Shown here: piece after piece, positions 35,506 to 46,100 of the stretch | Layout: the number at the start of each line of letters is the position of its first letter | Position numbering within the stretch: position 1 is the first letter of the stretch | IMG/VR virus record: IMGVR_UViG_3300017776_000007 | Location: 1,664 to 65,663 of that record | DNA from: a virus | Lineage: Duplodnaviria > Caudoviricetes | Strand: one strand, 5' to 3' | Length of the DNA stretch: 64,000 nucleotides | Made by a program: the position numbers and the translations under genes | The notes under the pieces: generated by a model | Told to the model about the DNA's origin: nothing | Databases searched by the model: none | What the model saw: the letters and a program-made list of their open reading frames with translations, nothing else

Positions 35506-36851
35506 TGACAAGTACAACAATTACAATACCATGCGAGGGAAGTTTATTACCAAAACCTGCTGATCTGACTAATATATTTAATCAGATTACAAATTCTATT
35601 GCAACTTTAGAATTGGCAGGACTTCCTGAAGAAGCACAAAAAGTCAGAGATATTTTAGACGATATTGAATCAGTCTTGGGTAATTTTCCTGTCTCTATTT
35701 CTAAGCCAGTATTTGGTACATTAGAAATACCAGAAGTAGAATGGGAAAAAAGAATTAATGCGATGATAGAAGAATATCATCTTTTTATTCAAGCCAAGTT
35801 TATGGAAATAATTAATAAAGTATTACCTATTTCTTTTGCTATACCCGTACCACCTTTTGGAATATCAGTAGATGTTGTAAAATTATTTTCTGACCCTGCA
35901 TATAAAGGTACTATTAAACAACAATTTGTGGATGAAGTGGAGACATTCTATCCTATGTTACCAGATATTTATAAGTCATTTGATGGCACTTATGGATTAG
36001 AATCTGCAGATATGAAAGCAGAGGCAGTCTGGGAATATGTAATGTCTATGTTAAATAAGGGTGCACTAGGGATTCTACATGGAGCCTTTGGAGGTTTAAT
36101 AGGTAAATTTAGTGAAATATGGGATGCACTTGGGTTACCTGCTCTCCCAGGGTTGACAAATTTAAATGTCCAGAGTATAATAGAAGGAATGATATCCTCA
36201 ATCGAGGATCAAATAAAGTCTGCCCCGGATGACCTAAAAGACGAATTGAGAAAACAAGCAATTGAACAGTTGGAATCTATTTCTATTGTAGGATTCTCTC
36301 TTATGGATTTATTAGGTGGTGAACCTACTGACTTTGTTGAGAGTATGGAAAGAAAGATGGATAGATTTAAACGAAGACTGAAGAACTTTGGAGAAGAATG
36401 GCCTAAATATCTAATACAAGAATGGATGCAATTAGTACAGAAATTCTTTAAGGCTATCGGCCTCGGTGCATTGATAGAATGGATTACGTTTACTTTCTGT
36501 GATTTCTTAAAAATAATTGGTCTACCGAGTAGTATTACACTCAGTACTGAACAGATTATCACAGGTGTTATAGGAGCAACTGCAACATCACTTCCAAGTT
36601 TATCTCCAGTAACAACTGTAATGATCGGAGACCCAAATAGTCCAGACATACATGAATATACAGCGACCGAAGGTCAAACTGATTTTGTATTCCCAGGTGG
36701 TACACCTCAGTTAGTAACCGTTAACGGCGTTGTACAACATACAATAGTCGAAGAACCTTACAGCAAGACCGTTCATTGGACAATAATAAATACTATACTT
36801 CGCCTCGATAATTCTACAAAAGAAGGCGATAATGTTCTTATAATCCTTTAA
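35505..36851 (+). CDS. Hypothetical baseplate-region protein
   Basis: 448 aa helical region plus a C-terminal YTATEGQTDF beta module similar to modules in the 56537 protein. Confidence 0.6.
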   Translation: MTSTTITIPCEGSLLPKPADLTNIFNQITNSIATLELAGLPEEAQKVRDILDDIESVLGNFPVSISKPVFGTLEIPEVEWEKRINAMIEEYHLFIQAKFMEIINKVLPISFAIPVPPFGISVDVVKLFSDPAYKGTIKQQFVDEVETFYPMLPDIYKSFDGTYGLESADMKAEAVWEYVMSMLNKGALGILHGAFGGLIGKFSEIWDALGLPALPGLTNLNVQSIIEGMISSIEDQIKSAPDDLKDELRKQAIEQLESISIVGFSLMDLLGGEPTDFVESMERKMDRFKRRLKNFGEEWPKYLIQEWMQLVQKFFKAIGLGALIEWITFTFCDFLKIIGLPSSITLSTEQIITGVIGATATSLPSLSPVTTVMIGDPNSPDIHEYTATEGQTDFVFPGGTPQLVTVNGVVQHTIVEEPYSKTVHWTIINTILRLDNSTKEGDNVLIIL

Positions 36852-36859
36852 TAAAAGTG

Positions 36860-36867
36860 TATAAATA
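36860..36867 (+). promoter_or_regulatory. T4-type late promoter
   Basis: TATAAATA, 5 nt before ATG 36873. Confidence 0.8.
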
Positions 36868-36872
36868 GTTAT

Positions 36873-37334
36873 ATGGCAACTACAGGTTCAACAAAGATAC
36901 TATCCGATAGAAGTGTTATTGGAGATGTAAAGAAGGCAAAGATTACTTCCAGAGTCAAGGGTTGGAGGGATTTGGACTTGTCTTTAAAATTACATCCTAT
37001 TAGAAAAGATATTATTCCTTTAAAGGATGATAATGCTATTAAAAATGCAGTAAAGAATTTACTGATATCAAATTTTTATGAAAGACCTTTCAGTAAAGAT
37101 ATAGGTGCAAATTTAAGAGCACTATTATTTGAACCAGCCGATGCAATTACTGAAATTTCTATAAGAGAAAACATTAGAAGGGTTATCAGAAAATATGAAC
37201 AAAGGGTTCTTATAAAGGACATCAGAGTTCAGAATATGGATGACCAAAATGCATATCGTATCACGGTAAGCTTTAAAATTAAAGAAGACGATACTAGACA
37301 AGATGTTGAAATCGTGTTAAGAAGGTTAAGGTAA
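36873..37334 (+). CDS. Baseplate wedge gp25
   Basis: DLDLS...HP, AIKNAVKNL, ERPF, LLFEP. Confidence 0.9.
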   Translation: MATTGSTKILSDRSVIGDVKKAKITSRVKGWRDLDLSLKLHPIRKDIIPLKDDNAIKNAVKNLLISNFYERPFSKDIGANLRALLFEPADAITEISIRENIRRVIRKYEQRVLIKDIRVQNMDDQNAYRITVSFKIKEDDTRQDVEIVLRRLR

Positions 37335-37337
37335 AAT

Positions 37338-39218
37338 ATGGCGAGTAATTTAAATGTAACGGAACTAGATTTTGATCAGATAAAACAAAATCTAAAAAAC
37401 TACTTAAAAACTCAATCAGAGTTTAACGGATACGATTTTGAAGGATCTGGTTTAAGTACCCTTCTTGATGTATTGGCATATAATACTCACTATAATGCTA
37501 TTGCTGCTCACTTCTCTCTTAATGAGGCATTCTTGGACTCAGCACAGATTCGTGGTAACGTAGTCACAAGAGCTAAACTTTTAGGTTATGTCCCACGTTC
37601 AGTACTTGCACCTAGGGCAACAGTTAATGTAACAATTGATGTAACCAATGAAGTGGGAACATTACCAAATACTCTTACAATGCCAAGAGGAACAAAATTA
37701 AGTACTTCTGTTGCACAGGAAAGTTATCAGTATGTTACATTACAAACACAAACTGCAACATTAGAAGTAAATACAACCACTACCCCAAATACAAAAACAT
37801 ATACATTTAATAATGTTGAAATTGCACAGGGATATTATAAGTCATTAAAATATAGAGTTGATAATGATATAGAAAATCAAAAATTTCAATTATCAGATAA
37901 TGATGCAGATACAAGTTCACTTAGAGTTCGTATACAAGAAAATGAAGAATCAACTTCGTTCGACATTTATACCAGATTTGAAACACTATTAAACGTAGAT
38001 TCTACTTCACAAGTATATTACTTACAAGAGAATGCTGGTGGGTATTACGAAATATATTTCGGTGATGGGGTAACTGGCCGTAAACCTAGTAATAATAATA
38101 TTATCACACTGGATTATGTATATACAGAAGGTGCTGAATCAAATGGTGCAAACGTATTTACATTATCTGATTCTATTGGTGGGTTCGGTAGTTCATCTGT
38201 TAGTACAGTAAGTCCTGCAGCAGGTGGGGCAGAACAAGAAACTTCAGAATCAATTAGGTTTAATGCTCCATTAACATTTACATCTCAGAACAGAGCGGTT
38301 ACATCCGACGATTATAGAGCAATTATTCAAAGAGAATTTACAAACATCTCTTCCATTTCTTGTTGGGGTGGAGAAGATAATGATCCACCTGATTACGGAA
38401 CTGCATATATTTCTATTAAACCTATTATTGCAGAAACACTTACTCAGGCAGAAAAGGATGAAATTACTGGTACTATTCTTAAAGGTAAGAACGTAGTATC
38501 CATTACGCCAGAAATTGTAGACCCAAATTATACTTATTTGGAACTGGACGTATTCTTTAAATATAATCCAAACCTTACTGATAGAACAGCAGTAGAATTA
38601 ACATCGGTTGTCAGAGATACAATTTCTGATTATAATTTTAACCAGTTAAATAAATTTGATGGTGTGTTTAGACATTCACAGATTACATCTTTAATTGATA
38701 ATTCTGATCCTGCAATACAAAACTCTACAGTAAGACCTTATATGTTTATGAATATTACCCCTTCAATAACTGAAGGCGTAAATAACTTTACACTAAAATT
38801 CACCTCACCATTTTATAAATCAGGAGCGAGTACAGATTTTATCTTAACATCAACTTCATTTAAATTAGGATATTCTGCAAGTATTGATCATTACTTTGGA
38901 GATATACCACTTGCTGGAACAGTAAATAGACAAGTAATTATTTACAAGATTGTTGATGGTATTAATGTTACTGTAGTAAATGATGCAGGAATAATTGATC
39001 CTGATAAAGGTACTGTTACATTAAATAACTTCACTACATATAATACAGATCCAATCAGACTTACTATTACACCTGATTCATTAGATTTGGCTCCAAAAAG
39101 AGATCAGTTAATTGCCATCGACCCTCTCAGAGTTCAAATTACTCCAAGCGTTGATACTATTTCTGTGTCTGGTTCTACTGGAACAATTAATTACACAACT
39201 CCATCGAGATTGAGATAA
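37338..39218 (+). CDS. Baseplate wedge gp6
   Basis: LDFDQIKQNLK, YDFEGSGLS.LLDVLAYNTHY, FGDG, QNRAVT.DDY. Confidence 0.93.
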   Translation: MASNLNVTELDFDQIKQNLKNYLKTQSEFNGYDFEGSGLSTLLDVLAYNTHYNAIAAHFSLNEAFLDSAQIRGNVVTRAKLLGYVPRSVLAPRATVNVTIDVTNEVGTLPNTLTMPRGTKLSTSVAQESYQYVTLQTQTATLEVNTTTTPNTKTYTFNNVEIAQGYYKSLKYRVDNDIENQKFQLSDNDADTSSLRVRIQENEESTSFDIYTRFETLLNVDSTSQVYYLQENAGGYYEIYFGDGVTGRKPSNNNIITLDYVYTEGAESNGANVFTLSDSIGGFGSSSVSTVSPAAGGAEQETSESIRFNAPLTFTSQNRAVTSDDYRAIIQREFTNISSISCWGGEDNDPPDYGTAYISIKPIIAETLTQAEKDEITGTILKGKNVVSITPEIVDPNYTYLELDVFFKYNPNLTDRTAVELTSVVRDTISDYNFNQLNKFDGVFRHSQITSLIDNSDPAIQNSTVRPYMFMNITPSITEGVNNFTLKFTSPFYKSGASTDFILTSTSFKLGYSASIDHYFGDIPLAGTVNRQVIIYKIVDGINVTVVNDAGIIDPDKGTVTLNNFTTYNTDPIRLTITPDSLDLAPKRDQLIAIDPLRVQITPSVDTISVSGSTGTINYTTPSRLR

Positions 39219-41650
39219 TGCCGCATAAAGATAGCTCTTTTTATTCTAATGACATATCCTCGCCAGGGTATATAGAATCAACTGCATCTTCTACTAGGAA
39301 GAGTAAGGAAAAATTAAGAGTTGATTCACTTATACCATCAGAGATATTAGAAAATTCAGAAGGTATCAAAAATTTATTAGAAGCGTATTATACGTTTATG
39401 AATTTGGATGAATTTATCTATGCTGAGAATGAATCCTTTGAAGATGTTATACTTGATGGTAAAGCAGTATTTAGAATTTCAGATCCTAAAAATGAGAACG
39501 ATGAATTCTTTACAGATGAAACAGGTGCTGATTCTATTCTACTTGTGACACCAGTTACTGGTAATCCCGTTACAGTTACTTTAACAGATATCAATGTAAA
39601 TATATCAAACGGTAATGAACTGCCGGGAAGTTTGGCAACACTTACATCTGAAGTTGGTAAAACATTTCAGGTAAATGGATTAGATGCATATAATGGTGGT
39701 GTTGCAAAATTAACCACACCTATAAAACACTGGGTGGGCCCAGGGCCTTCTCATGTTATGAATAATATTGAAAGGGCAATGGACATTGATAATAATACTC
39801 AAAAGTATTTAGAATTAATGCAGAAAGAAATCGCATCAGTAATACCCAGAGATATTACAGTTAATAAAAGAAACCTATATAAGAACATTATTGATTATTA
39901 TAAAGTTAGAGGTTCTGCAGATTCTATTGAAATCTTTTTCCGACTACTTTTTAATGATGAAGTGGAAGTACAGTATCCATGGGATAAAACTTTAATTCCT
40001 TCTTCAGGCAATTGGGATATAAATCCAAATCTACCAAAAGGTGGTCAGTATCTGGATAATAAAGGACAATTATCTAACGTAATTAGATTACAAGATTCCT
40101 TACGATACCAAAAATTCTCATATCTGATTAGAACAGGTCAAAACGTTTCTACTTGGGAGAACGTATTTAACAGATTGGTTCACCCTGCTGGATTTAAATT
40201 CTTTGGAGAAATTCTTTTAATTATAGAATTATCTAAGGCCATATTGGGTGAAGACGTTACTGAAGGAGATACCTTATATCGTAAAGTATTATCTGCTATG
40301 CCGGAAAGACAACCAGGGGCAATTGGTGTTGAAGATTTACCTGTATTGGTAGAAATGTTTGCCTCGGTATTCTTACCTTCTATTAGGGGAAAGATACACA
40401 GAAGTGGTTCTATTGCATTAAATATTCATAATGGAGTTATTACTACTGTTAATATAACTTCTGCCGGAAGTGGGTATTTAACAGCTCCTACTATTAATAC
40501 TGCTGACTTAGGCATACCTGCAGGATTTACTTCTGCTGCATTTACTACAACACTTGCAAATGGTGGAGTCAATAGTATTACAATTACTAATGGCGGAAAG
40601 GATTATCAAAGTCCTTCTGTTACTGCAGCTGCTCCAGCTCCCATTGTTTTTAATGGCAGTAGTGCACCAATAGTCAATATAACAAATAATACTATTACAC
40701 TTACTGCAGAACAACAACAATCGTTTCCAGTAGGTTCCCAATTGACATATAATTCTGGAGGTGGGACTTCTATAGGTGGATTAGTATCAGGTAATACATA
40801 TTTTGTTAAAACATCTTCGGGTGGATTAATTACTTTATCAGCATCAAATGGTGGCGCGGTGGTTAATATTACATCATTAGGTTCGGGTGCAACTCATAGA
40901 TTTACAGGCACTACTGCAACTTTCACTGCTACTAAAACCGATGGTCAAATAGGTGGTGGTGAGATAAGAGAGGCAGGGTTTGGATATACTTCAAATCCTA
41001 CTATTACAATTAATGGTAGTCCTATATCCGGCAGTAGTATTTCTAATGCAACTGTGACTGTAGGTAGAGATTCTAAGGGAAGATTAGAAATTGATACTCT
41101 TACTGTAAATAACCCAGGAGCAAATTATGCCCAGGCCTTTGCATCGGTAGCGGCAAACCCACTTGATGGAAAAATGGCCACTATAGAAATTGTAGGTGGT
41201 GCAGATAAAAATTATAATAGTGCTCCATCAATTATAATATCAGAACCTACAGCAAAAGATGCTGATGGTGTATTACTATCAACTAACGTACAGGCAACTG
41301 CAACACTTACGCTAGATTCTAATGGCGAAATTAACGGGTTTACTATACCCAATATTGGATCGGGCTATACTTCTGATCCAATTTTACGAATTGACTCTAA
41401 TGCTAATAACGAAATTAGGGGCAAGGACATTAAACCTATCTTAATATTATTATTAAACCACTTGACTGATAGGTCGAAAACACAACCACAGAATAATTAC
41501 TTTAATCTGAAAAGCGACACGTATCTAAACTCATCCAAGAAGTTTGATTTTAATGAAAGGATAGAAGAATTTGGCAACGTCCAAATCCAAAGTACTGATA
41601 CAACCAATATAAATAAATATAATGTGAATTCTTTTATTCATACTAATTAA
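39218..41650 (+). CDS. Baseplate wedge initiator gp7-like
   Basis: Between gp6 and gp8; LQDS..YQ.FSY, HPAGFKFFG; G.GY..P beta repeats. Confidence 0.75.
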   Translation: MPHKDSSFYSNDISSPGYIESTASSTRKSKEKLRVDSLIPSEILENSEGIKNLLEAYYTFMNLDEFIYAENESFEDVILDGKAVFRISDPKNENDEFFTDETGADSILLVTPVTGNPVTVTLTDINVNISNGNELPGSLATLTSEVGKTFQVNGLDAYNGGVAKLTTPIKHWVGPGPSHVMNNIERAMDIDNNTQKYLELMQKEIASVIPRDITVNKRNLYKNIIDYYKVRGSADSIEIFFRLLFNDEVEVQYPWDKTLIPSSGNWDINPNLPKGGQYLDNKGQLSNVIRLQDSLRYQKFSYLIRTGQNVSTWENVFNRLVHPAGFKFFGEILLIIELSKAILGEDVTEGDTLYRKVLSAMPERQPGAIGVEDLPVLVEMFASVFLPSIRGKIHRSGSIALNIHNGVITTVNITSAGSGYLTAPTINTADLGIPAGFTSAAFTTTLANGGVNSITITNGGKDYQSPSVTAAAPAPIVFNGSSAPIVNITNNTITLTAEQQQSFPVGSQLTYNSGGGTSIGGLVSGNTYFVKTSSGGLITLSASNGGAVVNITSLGSGATHRFTGTTATFTATKTDGQIGGGEIREAGFGYTSNPTITINGSPISGSSISNATVTVGRDSKGRLEIDTLTVNNPGANYAQAFASVAANPLDGKMATIEIVGGADKNYNSAPSIIISEPTAKDADGVLLSTNVQATATLTLDSNGEINGFTIPNIGSGYTSDPILRIDSNANNEIRGKDIKPILILLLNHLTDRSKTQPQNNYFNLKSDTYLNSSKKFDFNERIEEFGNVQIQSTDTTNINKYNVNSFIHTN
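41608..41615 (+). promoter_or_regulatory. Possible late promoter for gp8
   Basis: TATAAATA about 50 nt upstream of ATG 41665. Confidence 0.5.
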
Positions 41651-41664
41651 TAGGAAACAGAAAA

Positions 41665-43068
41665 ATGACTGCAATAGTAACATCAAATTTTAGGGTAATA
41701 AATGCCGAAAATTTCAAACAAGATGTAGCTGATGCTAATACCAGTGTGTATGTGGGAATTGGAAAGTCAGATGTATGGTCTTTAACCACATCAGATACGA
41801 CAGATACTACCCCATTTACACCCGTTGATGCATTAGATTCATTGGGTGAGGCATACCAAAATATGATTGGTATGAAATTAATCGGAACCGCGGATATATC
41901 GCATGTAGTGCCAAGACATACTTGGGCATCAGATACGAGTTATCATGCATGGGATTCAGATGATGGTTCAATATTCGATAAGAAATTCTATATTGTAACC
42001 TCAGAATTTAAGGTTTATAAGTGTATTAAGGCAGGTGGTTCAGTATCTACTGTTCAACCAACACAAACACTAACGGACCCAACTGCAGAATCAGATGGAT
42101 ATATCTGGAAGTATATGTATACAATTTCTGTTGCTGACGCTGAAAAATTCCTAACAAATAGTTATATGCCCGTTAAAACAATTAATCCAAGAGCAGGAGG
42201 GCAGTCATCTGATTATGCAAGTGATAGTACTGCTGAAGCGGCACTATCTGAGGCAGATTATGCACAATATCTTAACCAAAAGGCCTCTACTCAATCAAGT
42301 ACGGCAGCAGGTATTGAAAGAATTGAAGTTACTGCCGGTGGAACATATTCTTCTACTCCTACTGTTATTATTTCTGGAGATGGAACAGGAGCTACTGCAA
42401 CTGCAGTCATGAGTGGTTCTGGTTCTAACCAAGCTGTTGCAAGTATTACTATAACTAATAAGGGCACTAATTACACAGTAGCTGATGTAGTATTCAGTTC
42501 AGGTGATGCAGCTGCAAGAGCAGTAATTGCGCCAGAACTCGGCCATGGTACACAACCTATTAAAGAACTCGGTGCATTTTTCATTGGTCTTAATACTCAA
42601 TTAACTGGTACTGAAAATAATGACCTCACAGTAGGTAATGATTTCAGACAGGTTACACTTATTAGAAACCCAAGATTATATGGGCCTGGTGCAATTGCAA
42701 CTGCAGCTACACTTAAGGCACTTAGGTCTTTGGACTTTACTTCAGGCGTTACATTAACTGATTACCAAGTCGATGAACTTATCGTTGGTGGTACATCAGG
42801 TGCACAAGCATATGTGGTGGAAATTGATTCAGGTTCTGGATATATTTACTATCACCAAAATTCTAAAACTGGTTATAAGTCGTTTCAGAATGGAGAAAGC
42901 ATTGTGGGACAAACAAGTAATACATCAGGTGGTTTAGAATCTTCTAATGCATTACGTAACCCAGAAGTGCACCCAGGCACAGGTGATATTATGTTCTTGG
43001 AGAATAGAAATCCTATTAATAGAACAACAACACAGATTGAAGATATCAAAGTTATTATTGAATTCTAA
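41665..43068 (+). CDS. Baseplate wedge gp8
   Basis: FR..NAENF, VYKCI, DGYIWKYMYT, ENR.PI.R...QIEDIKVIIEF. Confidence 0.88.
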   Translation: MTAIVTSNFRVINAENFKQDVADANTSVYVGIGKSDVWSLTTSDTTDTTPFTPVDALDSLGEAYQNMIGMKLIGTADISHVVPRHTWASDTSYHAWDSDDGSIFDKKFYIVTSEFKVYKCIKAGGSVSTVQPTQTLTDPTAESDGYIWKYMYTISVADAEKFLTNSYMPVKTINPRAGGQSSDYASDSTAEAALSEADYAQYLNQKASTQSSTAAGIERIEVTAGGTYSSTPTVIISGDGTGATATAVMSGSGSNQAVASITITNKGTNYTVADVVFSSGDAAARAVIAPELGHGTQPIKELGAFFIGLNTQLTGTENNDLTVGNDFRQVTLIRNPRLYGPGAIATAATLKALRSLDFTSGVTLTDYQVDELIVGGTSGAQAYVVEIDSGSGYIYYHQNSKTGYKSFQNGESIVGQTSNTSGGLESSNALRNPEVHPGTGDIMFLENRNPINRTTTQIEDIKVIIEF

Positions 43069-43107
43069 TATACATATAAGTGTATTACTAAAAAGAGAAA
43101 GGACAAC

Positions 43108-46100
43108 ATGAGCACAACTACAATCAAAAATTATCCTATAGCGCCCTATTATGATGACTTTGACGAGACAAAGAATTATCATAGGATTCTATATCGCCCT
43201 GGGTATGCAGTTCAGGCAAGAGAACTTACTCAAATGCAAACTGCACTACAGGCACAACTTGATAGATTTGGTCAATATGCATTTAAACATGGCTCTAGAG
43301 TTGTAGGTGGTAAAGTAACTGTTAATATTGCAGATGACTTTATTAAAATTGATTCATCATTTTCACATACAGTAGGCGGTACTTTAAACAGTGATAGCTA
43401 TCTTTCTCAATTCGTAGGTACTACTATTACAGGTGGAGCCAACTCTGGTACTCAAATTAAAGCAAAAGTTATTTCTGTAGTTGCGTCAGACGGTTCTGAC
43501 CCAAACACTCTTTATATAAAATATATCAATAAGGGTGGATCAAATAGAAACGTAGCAACATTTGCCGCTGGAGAAGAATTCCAATCAGACGGATCAACAA
43601 CTTATTATGGACAAGTTCAATCCACTGGAACTCCTACAGGACTAGGTTCTAGTGCTAATATCGAAGAAGGTGTTTACTTTATTTCTGGTACATTTATTTA
43701 TGTTCCAGCCACTTCTTTAATTTTAGACAAATATACTAATACGCCTTCATATACTATAGGTCTTAATGTTTCAGAATCAATTATTGATACAGACAGTGAC
43801 GTAACACTGAAAGATAACGCGCAGGGTACACCCAATGAAGCGGCACCTGGCGCAACAAGATACAGAATTTCTACAACAATGGTTAAGGAATCCCTTACCA
43901 ATCTTAACAGTTCAAATACAAACTATGTAACACTTTTAAGAATAGAAAACGGTATTACACAAGTAGATAAAACTGATGCAACAAATGTAACCAGTGAATT
44001 ATCTAAGAGACTTGCAAGAAGAACTTTTGAAGAATCTGGTAACTATGCAGTAAAACCATATCAGTTGGATATTAAAGAACATCTTGACACTGGCGATAAT
44101 AACGGGTATATACTTTCAAACAATGGCGGTGATGCTGATAAACTTGCAATAGGTGTTGAACCTGGAGTATCTTATGTGCAAGGATTCAGAAATGAAAACA
44201 TTGCTACAAAATATATTATTATTGATAAACCCAGAGATGCTACAGATTCTATTAATATTGATGCTAATGCAAACGTTGCAACACCAGTGGGTAACTATGT
44301 AAGAGTAACAGAATCCAGTATTAGAGGTGCACCTGACTTATCTTCATTTACCACAATGAATTTACATAGTGCGCCCAATCAAGGCGGATCTGTTGTAGGT
44401 ACTGCACGTGCAAGAGCCATTGAAAATGTTGGCGATACAGTCAGTGCTTCAGATGCAACACCTTGTTTAAGACTTCACTTATTTGATATTAATATGACTT
44501 CGGGTACATTTAGTGCAGTAAGAAGTTTTGATCAAACTACAGCCAATGGGATCAATTTTAAAGGTAACATTGCTGATTCAACTGCCTTAAGATTTGATAT
44601 TGGTAATAACGGATTGGTATTTAAACTTCCATATACGGCGATTAATACACTCTACAACGGTTCTACAAATACTACTGAATACACAGTAAAAAGAGATTTT
44701 AGTACATCAGTAACATCTAATCAATGTACTATCAGTATTCCTTCTGGCCAGGGTCACTTTACAAATGTAAATACTGCCACAATGATTTCAGTTGGTACTG
44801 CCGCACTTGATACTACACCAACATTTGTGGGAAGTAGTAATGATGGTGTTACGTCTCTAACATTCTCGGTATCAGCCGCTAATGGTACTGCAGTACGTGT
44901 TGTTGCTGATGTAGAAGTTGATGGGTCTGATAAAGTACAAAAAGAAAAAATAAGACAGAATAATCAAGTAGTCACTAAATCGGCTAGTTCAGATGGTTCA
45001 TATTCATTAGATAAAGCAGATATTATTAGAATTGTTTCTGTTGTAGATGCAACAGGAACGAATGTTACAGAAAGATTTACACTTGATAATGGTCAAAGAG
45101 ATAACTTTTATGGGACTGGTAGAATTATTCAAATACCAGGCACATCTCCTGTATCTGGTAATCTTACTATTACATTTGATTTTTATACCCATGGTGCTGG
45201 AGATTACTTTACAGTAGATTCATATCCTAATACAGATTATGATAGTATTCCTACCTTTAACTCTGCTCAAGGTGTTGTAGAATTAAGAGACTGTGTAGAC
45301 TTTAGACCAAGAAAGGCAGATACAGCAAATGACTTTACAAGTACAGGTGCTGCACTTTCATCTGCGCCTGATCCTTCACACGCAATGTCTATGTTTATAA
45401 AGTATTATATGCCTAGAATTGATAAATTATATATTACAAAAGAGGGTGAAATTAAAACAGAGAAAGGTGTACCATCCGATAATCCTAAGGCTCCTGCCGC
45501 ACCGGATGATTCAATGGGGTTATATGATTTAAAACTTGCGCCGTATGTATTTGACGTTGGTGATGTTATACCAAGATTAATTGATAATAAAAGATACACC
45601 ATGCGAGATATTGGTGCAATTGATAAAAGAGTTAAGAACCTAGAATATTATACATCACTTTCACTCTTGGAACAACAAGCGGCTAATACACAATTATTTG
45701 ATGGAAGTAATTTTAGTAGAACCAAGAATGGTTTTGTTGTAGATGGGTTTAGAGGCCACAATGTTGGTGATACTTCTAACCCAGATTACCAAGCTGCTAT
45801 AGATAAACAGAGTGGTACTTTACGACCTAAGTTTGATGAACGAAATATTAATTTAATTCGTAAGCCTGGTGATTCAGGAGCGGTTGTACAAAACGCGTCA
45901 CTGTGTACTTTACCTCATACCTCAGCAAATTACATTAATCAACCATATTCATCAATTGCCATTAATGTAAATCCATACAACGTATTTACTTGGAGTGGTA
46001 TGATTACTCTATCACCCGAATCAGATGAATGGAAAGAAACCGATGTTAGACCAGATGTTATTATTAATGACGAAGGACTATATGATCAGTTTGTAGCTAT

